DNA of 64,000 bases from Clostridia bacterium. GTDB lineage: Bacteria; Bacillota; Clostridia; Oscillospirales; CAG-382. The DNA lies in contig JAFSNK010000019.1 in the NCBI GenBank assembly GCA_017447445.1, positions 10,079-74,078 on the forward strand. The letters are read 5' to 3'. This document shows, piece by piece, positions 37,112 to 44,591 of the stretch. Position 1 is the stretch's first letter, and the number at the start of each line of letters is the position of its first letter. The notes under the pieces were generated by a model. It had not been told where the DNA came from. It made no database searches and saw only the letters and a list, made by a program, of their open reading frames with translations. A program made the translations under genes and the position numbers.

Positions 37112-38050
37112 ATGAAGCATCTCGCTGAAAAGCTTATCGCGCTGACGCTTTGCGCGTTCTTTGCGCTTTCGCTATTTGCCTGCGGGCAAACTGAAACGCC
37201 GGATTCGAAATCCACAGCCGGATCATCCGCCGCCATTGGATCATCCGGCGCTGAATCGGGCGCGGCGGAGATTTCCGCAGCCGCGAGCGTACCCGATGAA
37301 GACGCGAGCCTTACCATCTATACGCTGCACGCTTTCCGGCTTGACGTCAGCCCTAAGACCATAAAGGGCAGCGTCGCCGCGGAGCTCGCCGGGGCGCTTG
37401 CCGGGGCGGACGAAACCGGTAAAACGCTGCCCGCGCTTGCCGACGAAGAGCCCGAAGAAGGCGCGTGGAATATCGATTATATGTATTTCGCCGACTCTTT
37501 GAATTACGACGTCAAAGAGCTGGAATGGACGATATGGGTGGAGACGGACGGAAAGCTGTACCGTTGGGACCTTAACGGGGTCTCGCTTGTCGAACGTCCG
37601 CTCGGCGAAGGGCGCGAACTCACCCTCGGCGGCGAGGTGAAGAAAATGATCTCCGACGCGCGTAACTACTGGCCGTACGATACCTACCTCGTGGATTACG
37701 ACGTTTCGACCGGCGCGATGACCGACACCCGCGTTTATGAAGCCGAAAGCGGCGTTGCCGTAACGGTAAGATCGGTGCGCATAAAAGAAGGGACCGAAGA
37801 GTCTTACGACAAGGCCGGGATACTTACGTTCACCGTTACGTCCGAAACCGCCGGGGAAATCGAATGTCTGCTGGTCTGCAATCAGAGCGAAGACAATCTC
37901 GGGAGCGAAAAAAGCGTGTCGATCGAACTCGCCGCCGGGGAAACGCGGGAGGTCGAAATGGAGTTCGAGCCGTACGGGAGAGGATTTGCTCCGGTGCTCA
38001 CGGCAGGCAACACACGGGTGTTTATTAATCTTAAAGGAACGGAAAACTAA
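37112..38050 (+). CDS. lipoprotein of unknown function
   Basis: Signal peptide plus lipobox LCAFFALSLFAC, then an S/A/G-rich linker. No domain recognised. Confidence 0.7.
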   Translation: MKHLAEKLIALTLCAFFALSLFACGQTETPDSKSTAGSSAAIGSSGAESGAAEISAAASVPDEDASLTIYTLHAFRLDVSPKTIKGSVAAELAGALAGADETGKTLPALADEEPEEGAWNIDYMYFADSLNYDVKELEWTIWVETDGKLYRWDLNGVSLVERPLGEGRELTLGGEVKKMISDARNYWPYDTYLVDYDVSTGAMTDTRVYEAESGVAVTVRSVRIKEGTEESYDKAGILTFTVTSETAGEIECLLVCNQSEDNLGSEKSVSIELAAGETREVEMEFEPYGRGFAPVLTAGNTRVFINLKGTEN

Positions 38051-38059
38051 GGGCTGTTT

Positions 38060-38905
38060 ATGGAACAGGCACGGTTCGTTACGCTGTTTTCCTCCTCCAA
38101 AGGGAACGCGGCATACATAAAATACGGACGCGACGAAATACTTATCGACTGCGGCGTTTCGGCAAGAATGCTGGAACGCGCGCTTAATCTGCAGGGCAGC
38201 TCGCTCACCTCGATATCGGCGCTGTTCATCACTCACGAGCACGGCGACCATATCCGCGGGCTGGAATCGATCTGCGCCCGCATAGGGTTCCCGGTCTACG
38301 CGCCTAAGAACTGCTGCGCATATCTGGAACCGAGCGTCGCGGGGGCGCAGACGCGGCTGCATCCGCTGGAGCCGCTGGAGCCGGTGGAGCTCTTCGACCT
38401 CGTCATATGCCCTATAAAAACCCCGCACGATTCGCTCGATTCCTGCGGCTTCCGCATAAACGCGGGCGGCGAAAAGCTGGGATATTTTACGGATATCGGC
38501 TGCCTTTCGGAATCGGTGCTGCGCGGCGTTTCGGGCTGCAGACGGGTCGTGTTCGAATCGAATCACGATATCGGAATGCTTAAAAACGGCAACTATCCGC
38601 CGTTTTTGAAAAAGCGCATACTCGGCGACAGAGGGCACCTTTCGAACGATCTTTGCTCCCGGCTGCTTCCGCACCTCGTTTCCCACGGGACGGAATCGAT
38701 ATCGCTCGCCCACCTCAGCGAGCAGAACAACCGCCCCCTCCTGGCGCTTTCGGCGGCGGAATATTCGCTTTCGGCGGCTGGCGTGGCGGCTTTCGGGGCG
38801 GACGGCGGGCTTGTCGCCGCCGCGCTCGGCAGGGAGGCGCCGGAAAAATGCGAAGCGAAAGTCAAACTTCAGGTCTCGCCGGTGTGCGGCGCGGCCGAAC
38901 TGTGA
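38060..38905 (+). CDS. MBL-fold metallo-hydrolase (YycJ/WalJ-like)
   Basis: LFSSSKGNAAYI...ILIDCG...LFITHEHGDHIRG...GHLSN. Confidence 0.8.
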   Translation: MEQARFVTLFSSSKGNAAYIKYGRDEILIDCGVSARMLERALNLQGSSLTSISALFITHEHGDHIRGLESICARIGFPVYAPKNCCAYLEPSVAGAQTRLHPLEPLEPVELFDLVICPIKTPHDSLDSCGFRINAGGEKLGYFTDIGCLSESVLRGVSGCRRVVFESNHDIGMLKNGNYPPFLKKRILGDRGHLSNDLCSRLLPHLVSHGTESISLAHLSEQNNRPLLALSAAEYSLSAAGVAAFGADGGLVAAALGREAPEKCEAKVKLQVSPVCGAAEL

Positions 38906-38911
38906 AATAAC

Positions 38912-38938
38912 AAAAACCCGGGCGCGCCCGGGTTTTTT
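38912..38938. terminator. bidirectional hairpin terminator
   Basis: AAAAACCCGGGCGCGCCCGGGTTTTTT between convergent genes. Confidence 0.7.
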
Positions 38939-38965
38939 GTAAATATCCGTTTTTTCTTCGCGGGA

Positions 38966-39880
38966 TCAGGGAATGTCCTCGTAGACCTTGTCCGGCGGGT
39001 TATCCAGCACCTCGGGGTGCCGGTAGATGCCGCGCATGTATTTAAGCGCCGTGGCGTAGGTGTATCCGTCGGCAATGCGTTCGTCGCAGGTGATGCGGTA
39101 ATCCACGCAATGCAGCGTTTTTACGCTGCCGTCGCTCTGCAGCTCGTTCTTGCGGTACTTCACGCCGAAGGCGAGGAAGATGGGCAGGTTGCCGAAATTA
39201 TACAGATGGTGATATATCGGCGGGATACCGAGCGAGCCCATGGAGGTTATGGCAAAACTGCCGTGGAACGGCGAAAGCTTTGTGAGCCACCGCGGAAGCA
39301 GGCCGTAGTAATCGAAGAAATAAAGACAGCCGATGGCGAAGCGCAGAAGCGGACGGGGGACGTAATTAAAAGCTTTTGCGGTGGAATCGAAATCGTTTTC
39401 CGCGGCGGAACGCGCTTTGTCGATCTCCTCGTTGGTAATGCGGTAAACGTCTTCCGCCGTGGCGTCGACCGGGAAGATCATTTTAACAACGGTGTCCGGC
39501 GATTCAACTGTCATTTCGCGCTTTACGGTTATCATGACTTCGATGCAGTTGCGCGCGTAAACGCGCTGACCGCGCACAAAGCGGTTCATCGCGGGGTAAC
39601 GCGCTATCGCGCGGACGAACGTCGCCAGGAATATGTGCATAAGACTGAATTCTTTCAGCCCTTCCTCGCGCTTTTTCTTAATGTAAGCTTCGCAGGGGCC
39701 GATATCCAGCGTGGCGGAAATATAGTTCGTCGCATCGGTACGGTAACGCATGACAAACGGCTCGAAACGGCTCATCGGAGTCATCGTTTTAATGCGGCGT
39801 CCCTCTTTTTTATCTTTTTTCTTTGCGGCTTTGGCGGCTTTGCGCGCCTCTTTTTCCTTTATTTTTTCCTCGGCTGTCAT
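38966..39880 (-). CDS. 2-oxoacid-dehydrogenase-acyltransferase (E2 catalytic-domain) family protein without a lipoyl domain
   Basis: A K/E-rich N-terminus is followed by an E2-like core, whose C-terminus reads DYRITCDERIADGYTYATAL at the place of the DHRxxDG motif. The ATG at 39880 follows GGAGG. Confidence 0.7.
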   Translation of the reverse strand: MTAEEKIKEKEARKAAKAAKKKDKKEGRRIKTMTPMSRFEPFVMRYRTDATNYISATLDIGPCEAYIKKKREEGLKEFSLMHIFLATFVRAIARYPAMNRFVRGQRVYARNCIEVMITVKREMTVESPDTVVKMIFPVDATAEDVYRITNEEIDKARSAAENDFDSTAKAFNYVPRPLLRFAIGCLYFFDYYGLLPRWLTKLSPFHGSFAITSMGSLGIPPIYHHLYNFGNLPIFLAFGVKYRKNELQSDGSVKTLHCVDYRITCDERIADGYTYATALKYMRGIYRHPEVLDNPPDKVYEDIP

Positions 39881-40103
39881 AATAAACTCCTCCGAACGTT
39901 CGAAAAACTGCGCCGTGAACGAATAAACATACCTAAATATATCACGAAACCGACGAAAAAGCAACACAAAAATGCCCCCGTGCGATATATTTTTTCGTTT
40001 GCGGCGGCGCAAAGGGAAGAATAAGGCATTTCAATCTTGCAAAACGCGAAATAATGTGATATTATATAAAAAAGCAATAAATACGAATGATTCGGAGGTA
40101 TTT

Positions 40104-41666
40104 ATGAAACTCAACAAGCTTTTGTGCCTCGCGCTGGTGCTGGCCTTGGTATGTATGCCGCTGCTTTCCGCGTGCGGCGATACCAAAACGGAATCTTCCG
40201 CCGCCGCGTCCGGCGGGACGGAGGAATCCACGCTCGAGACCGAGTATACCGACAAGGAAGGTAAATACAAATGGAAGACCTCGGGCAAGGACTGGTCCGA
40301 CATCGGCGAGATCACCTTCCTCACCTGCGGCGTGAACGACAAGGAGAATTCCGAGATCGTTTATACCGTTATCGAAAAGGAATCCAAAACCAATTATCCC
40401 GAGATCATCAACAGCGATATCGGCGAACGCGCCAACCAGGTGGAGCAGATACTCGGCGTTAAGGTCAAAGAGGAATATATTTATGACGGCGCGCGTATGA
40501 ACGCGCTTATGTGCGAACGCATCCGCACCGGCAACCTCACCGCGACGGAGGATTATCAGGTGGTCGTTCCCTGTCTGTACGACGGCGCCAACCTCGCCGT
40601 GGGCGGCGAACTGCTCGACCTGCGCGCGTTAAAGGACCAGGGTCTGCAGATCGACGCTCCGTGGTGGAGCCAGGAATTCAACAAGACCATGGAAATGGGC
40701 GGTCAGCTCTATTTCACCGTCGGCGATATAGGGCTTGTGAACAAGTCCGCCACCTCCGCGCTTTATTTCAACCTCGACCTCTGGAACCGGCTCGGGCTTT
40801 CCGAAAAGTTCGGCGGCAACCCCTACGAGCTCGTCCGCGCGGGCAAATGGACGGTCGACAGGGTGTTCGAAGCGGTGAAGAGCGTCGGCCGCGACTTAAA
40901 CCACGATAACGTGATCGACTACAGCGATGAATTCGGCTGGGGCGGTCAGCTCGACGATATGTGGAGCGTGTTCTTCGCCTCCGGCGCGCGCATCGCCAGC
41001 GCCGACCCGGGCGAATACCCCAAGCTCACCATGTATTCCGAAAAGAGCGACGCGCTTATGAAAAAGTTGCAGGAGCTCGTTCAGGATAAAGAGCACTACA
41101 TCTCCGGCAACGATTATTTCGGCGTTGCGAAGTGGCCGATGGAGCTTATCCGCAACGGATTCATCGAAGGCCGCGCTCTGTTCTATAACGCCGAGATAGC
41201 GGACGTTGTCGCGCTCGGACCGATGGAAGAGCATTTCGGCATCGTTCCCGTGCCGAAGGCGGACGACGGGCAGGAGATCTATTACAGTCTCACCAACCCA
41301 TGGTCCTCCACCTGCTTTGCCATCCCCTCCTGCGTGAACGGCGACAAGCTCGCCATGACGATAGACGTTCTTAACGTTATGGGCGCTATCAGCGCGAACA
41401 CCGTTGCGAAGGACTACGACCAGATCGTGCTTTCCTACCAGAAAACGCGCGACGACGAGACCGTGGAAATGATATTCGATTACATCTTCCCGGGCCGCGC
41501 CTGCGATATCGGTATGGTCTATAAATGGGGCAAGCTGGACGATCTGCTCCACGATATGGCGAAACAGCCCGTCGGCTCCTTCGCGTCCAACTACGAAGCG
41601 CGCGCCACCGCCGCGCAGACCGCGCTCGACGAGACCGTAGACCAAATGAAGAAGAACGCGAAATAA
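40104..41666 (+). CDS. ABC-transporter extracellular solute-binding lipoprotein (large family-1 type)
   Basis: Lipobox LVCMPLLSAC. Size and composition fit sugar-binding SBPs. The ATG at 40104 follows GGAGG. Confidence 0.75.
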   Translation: MKLNKLLCLALVLALVCMPLLSACGDTKTESSAAASGGTEESTLETEYTDKEGKYKWKTSGKDWSDIGEITFLTCGVNDKENSEIVYTVIEKESKTNYPEIINSDIGERANQVEQILGVKVKEEYIYDGARMNALMCERIRTGNLTATEDYQVVVPCLYDGANLAVGGELLDLRALKDQGLQIDAPWWSQEFNKTMEMGGQLYFTVGDIGLVNKSATSALYFNLDLWNRLGLSEKFGGNPYELVRAGKWTVDRVFEAVKSVGRDLNHDNVIDYSDEFGWGGQLDDMWSVFFASGARIASADPGEYPKLTMYSEKSDALMKKLQELVQDKEHYISGNDYFGVAKWPMELIRNGFIEGRALFYNAEIADVVALGPMEEHFGIVPVPKADDGQEIYYSLTNPWSSTCFAIPSCVNGDKLAMTIDVLNVMGAISANTVAKDYDQIVLSYQKTRDDETVEMIFDYIFPGRACDIGMVYKWGKLDDLLHDMAKQPVGSFASNYEARATAAQTALDETVDQMKKNAK

Positions 41667-41683
41667 CAAACGAAACGAATGGA

Positions 41684-41711
41684 AAAACGGGGCGAGCTTT
41701 CGCCCCGTTTT
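41684..41711 (+). terminator. rho-independent terminator after the SBP gene
   Basis: AAAACGGGGCGA-gctt-TCGCCCCGTTTT. Confidence 0.7.
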
Positions 41712-41723
41712 CGGGTGATAAAT

Positions 41724-42575
41724 ATGAAGATAATCGCTTTCGGCGAAATATTATGGGACGTTTTCGGCGACGAAAAGACCATCGGCGGCGCGCCTTTTAA
41801 TTTCGCGGCGCATATCGCGCGGCTCGGCGCGGAAACATATATGATCTCCGCGGTAGGCAACGACGAACTCGGCAAAGAGGCGCTCGCCCGCGCAAAGGAG
41901 CTGGGAATAAAGACCGATCACGTGGCGATCGACCGGGCGCATAGGACCGGGGTGTGCAACGTTACTTTGAACAACGGCGTTCCGAGCTACGACCTCGTGC
42001 GCGACATCGCCTACGACCATATCCCCGCCTGCGTCCCGCGCGGGGAGTTCGACGCGCTCTATATGGGTACGCTGGCGCTTCGCGGCGCGGATTCCCGCCG
42101 GGCGTTCGAATCGGCGCTGAAATACGTTTCTCACCGCGAGGTGTTCTTCGACGTGAACTTCCGCGGCAGCTTCTACACGCGCGAGCTTGTCGAATCGCTC
42201 CTGCGCTCCACCACGGTTTTGAAGGTAAGCGACGAGGAGCTTCCCTTCTTCGGCAGGAGCGCGCTGCCGGAGACCTGCCTGCGCCTGGCGGAAAAATACC
42301 GCGCGCTCAAATATATCTGCGTAACGCTTGGCAAGGAAGGCGCCGCCGTCTACGATTGCCGCAACAGCACGCTTATGTATTCCGAAGTCCCTCAAAGCAA
42401 GCCGGTATCCACCGTGGGCGCCGGCGACAGCTTTTCCGCCTGCTTCCTTTATAATCTGCTCGCGGGCGAGCCGGTCACCGTCTGCCTCGACCGCGCGGTC
42501 AAATTAAGCGATTTCGTTGTTACGCAGCTCGGCGCCGTGCCGGATTACGATCCGAAGGAACTGTTTAACGAATGA
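41724..42575 (+). CDS. PfkB-family carbohydrate kinase (fructokinase-like)
   Basis: MKIIAFGEILWDVF...IGGAPFNFA, and the C-terminus has VSTVGAGDSFSACF, the PfkB DTxGAGD-type motif. Confidence 0.85.
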   Translation: MKIIAFGEILWDVFGDEKTIGGAPFNFAAHIARLGAETYMISAVGNDELGKEALARAKELGIKTDHVAIDRAHRTGVCNVTLNNGVPSYDLVRDIAYDHIPACVPRGEFDALYMGTLALRGADSRRAFESALKYVSHREVFFDVNFRGSFYTRELVESLLRSTTVLKVSDEELPFFGRSALPETCLRLAEKYRALKYICVTLGKEGAAVYDCRNSTLMYSEVPQSKPVSTVGAGDSFSACFLYNLLAGEPVTVCLDRAVKLSDFVVTQLGAVPDYDPKELFNE

Positions 42576-42602
42576 TCCCGGAAGAAAACGCCTGCGGCAA
42601 AT

Positions 42603-42736
42603 ATAGAGCGCTACGCTTTCGCCCGAAAACCGTGTTTTCGGGCGGCTGCGAGCGCTCTATCGCCGCCGGACGTTCCGTTGTGAACGTCCGGCTCCCCTCG
42701 GCGCGCGGACTCGCGCAGCTCGTCGGGGAGTTTTTT
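42603..42736 (+). other. three consecutive strong stem-loops (possible structured RNA or stacked terminators)
   Basis: - 42603-42660: ATAGAGCGCT...GCCCGAAAAC-cgt-GTTTTCGGGC...AGCGCTCTAT.
- 42666-42691: CCGGACGTTC-cgttgt-GAACGTCCGG.
- 42692-42736: CTCCCC...GGGGAG followed by TTTTTT. Confidence 0.6.
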
Positions 42737-42813
42737 CCGCGGCGAAGCTACGAAAAAACGGAATTTAATTTATACATTATTGGAAGAAAACGCCGGGGGC
42801 GTTTTCAACCATA

Positions 42814-42858
42814 ACTATTCACTATTCACTATTCACTATTCGTTTTTCACTATTAACT
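42814..42858. repeat. tandem heptamer repeat (ACTATTC)x4 plus degenerate copies
   Basis: Four perfect ACTATTC units at 42814-42841, then GTTTTTC, ACTATTA and ACTA. The repeat is flanked by hairpins at 42786-42806 and 42866-42892. Confidence 0.9.
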
Positions 42859-42911
42859 AAACCTTAAAAAGCCCGTTCCCGCGGGCTTTTTTATTTTTCT
42901 TTATATTCGTG

Positions 42912-42940
42912 TTGATTTATTATCTTATTTGAGTTATAAT
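42912..42940 (+). promoter_or_regulatory. orphan near-consensus promoter pointing into the 3' end of pdaA (antisense)
   Basis: TTGATT at 42912-42917, a 17-nt spacer, and TATAAT at 42935-42940. No plus-strand ORF lies downstream. It could be chance in AT-rich DNA. Confidence 0.35.
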
Positions 42941-42967
42941 ATAATAAATTAATATGCGCGCGCGGGA

Positions 42968-43750
42968 TCAGCCGGTTTTCGCCTTCAATTCGTCAAGCGT
43001 ACCGAAGGTGTAGCCCTGTTTTTCCCATTCGGTCAGAAGCGGATCGAGTATGGCGGCGTTGGTGGCGGAGTTGGGGTGCAGAAGCAGTACCATCCCGTCG
43101 TGCGCGGCGTCCAGCAGCGCGGCTTTGGACTTTTCCGGGTCCGGCTGCTTCGCGTTGTCCCAGTCGGCGTAGGCGTAGGACCAGAACACCGGGGAATAGC
43201 CGAGCTCTTTAAGCATTTGAAGCGTTTTTACCGAAAAAGCGCCCTCCGGCGGGCGGAAATAGCGGGCGAGCTCGCGCCCGAACGCCTCGCGGTAGGCGGT
43301 CTCCACGCCTTCAAGTTCGGCTTTCAGCGCGTTTATATCGGTTATCTTCGAAACGTCGCCGTGGTGCGTCGAATGGTTGCAGACGGTGTGTCCGCCGTCG
43401 ATCATTCGCTGAACCGTGCTTTTGCTGTTTTTGATAATGCCGGGCAGTATGAAGAACGCCGCCTTCGCGCGGTGCTTTTCCAGCACGTCGAGTACCTTTT
43501 CCAGGTTTTCGTTGGCGTAGCCGGCGTCGAAGGTAAGATATATCTTCTTCTCGCCCTCCGGCCCCAAATACAGCGCGCCGTAGGATTCGGGTTCGTATTT
43601 GCCGTCCAGAACGGTGGGGCGCGCGTTTCCGCCCGGTTTTGAAAAATACCAGTTTATGCGCCCGTCCTGCGCCGCGGGAGCCAGCGCGAATGCCGCCGCC
43701 AGAAGCAGCGCCGCGTTCCGCGCAAGTTTTAACTTTTTGAAAATTCGCAT
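42968..43750 (-). CDS. pdaA: polysaccharide deacetylase, delta-lactam-biosynthetic de-N-acetylase-like
   Basis: A signal peptide is followed by INWYFSKPGGNARP, YLTFDAGY and HTVCNHSTHH, which are NodB-domain motifs. Confidence 0.75.
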   Translation of the reverse strand: MRIFKKLKLARNAALLLAAAFALAPAAQDGRINWYFSKPGGNARPTVLDGKYEPESYGALYLGPEGEKKIYLTFDAGYANENLEKVLDVLEKHRAKAAFFILPGIIKNSKSTVQRMIDGGHTVCNHSTHHGDVSKITDINALKAELEGVETAYREAFGRELARYFRPPEGAFSVKTLQMLKELGYSPVFWSYAYADWDNAKQPDPEKSKAALLDAAHDGMVLLLHPNSATNAAILDPLLTEWEKQGYTFGTLDELKAKTG

Positions 43751-43826
43751 AACGTCACTCCTTTTTGGTTAGTTTTTGATTTCGGCGGTTTTTTATCCGC
43801 ACCAATTTTTTACGAGGTGATTTTTA

Positions 43827-44591
43827 ATGGTCGTTTGCCTCCCGAGCGCGACTCTTTATTCCGAACCGCAGCTTTTTTCGGAACAGACCGACGAAATGCT
43901 TTACGGCGACGAAGTTGAAATACTTGAGGAACAGGGCGGGTTCTGCCGCGTACGTACCGATTACGGCTACGAGGGTTGGTGCGTCCGTCAGGCGGTGTTC
44001 GAGCTGCTTCACAAGCCGGAATACTATATAACCGTTCCGTTCGCCGACCTGCTTTTCGAGGGGAAGAACTACTACCACGCACCTATAAGTCTGCCAATGG
44101 GAGCGCGGCTGGATTACGGCCCCGGGCACGACGGGCGCTACGGGCTCGCGGTGCTTCCGAGCAAGCGTATATATTTCATCCACCGGAACCACGTCGCGCC
44201 GCTTTCCGCGGTAAAAACGCTTACCCGCGCGGAACTGCGCGAATCGGTCGCGCGGGTGGCGCTTTCCTACCTGGGCGTTCAGTACCGCTGGGGCGGTAGG
44301 ACGCACGCGGGGGTGGATTGCTCCGGGCTGTGCTTCAACGCCTGCCGCTTCAACGGAGTGGATATCTGGCGCGACGCCGACGTTGAAAAAACGAAAAACC
44401 TTAAAAAAATACCGCTTGAAGAGGCGCAGAAGGGCGACCTGCTGTTCTTCGAGGGGCATATGGCGCTTTATCTGGGCGAAGGGAAGTTCGTGCACGCCTC
44501 CGCTTCGGCGGGGAAGGTAATAGTTTCCGAAGTCGCGCAGTGCGGCGAGCTTTTTAACAGGTTCATAACCGCGGGGGACGTGATAAGGTGA
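43827..44591 (+). CDS. NlpC/P60 (C40) peptidase with an N-terminal SH3-like domain
   Basis: YLGVQYRWGGRTHAGVDCSGLCF holds the catalytic Cys, and GDLLFFEGHMALYLGEGKFVHAS holds the His. A GAGGTGA ribosome-binding site is present. Confidence 0.85.
   Translation: MVVCLPSATLYSEPQLFSEQTDEMLYGDEVEILEEQGGFCRVRTDYGYEGWCVRQAVFELLHKPEYYITVPFADLLFEGKNYYHAPISLPMGARLDYGPGHDGRYGLAVLPSKRIYFIHRNHVAPLSAVKTLTRAELRESVARVALSYLGVQYRWGGRTHAGVDCSGLCFNACRFNGVDIWRDADVEKTKNLKKIPLEEAQKGDLLFFEGHMALYLGEGKFVHASASAGKVIVSEVAQCGELFNRFITAGDVIR

Noticed and set aside
42572-42814. 80-aa ORF with an ATGA start/stop overlap on the PfkB kinase gene.
   Set aside because: Its sequence is the literal translation of three palindromic hairpins and a terminator. 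It is arginine-rich with no fold-like pattern. I kept it only as a caveat in the structured-RNA finding.
42814-42858. Possibility that the short direct repeats are a CRISPR array.
   Set aside because: The units are 7 bp, contiguous and have no spacers. No cas genes are present, and no other repeat-spacer pattern appears anywhere in the window.
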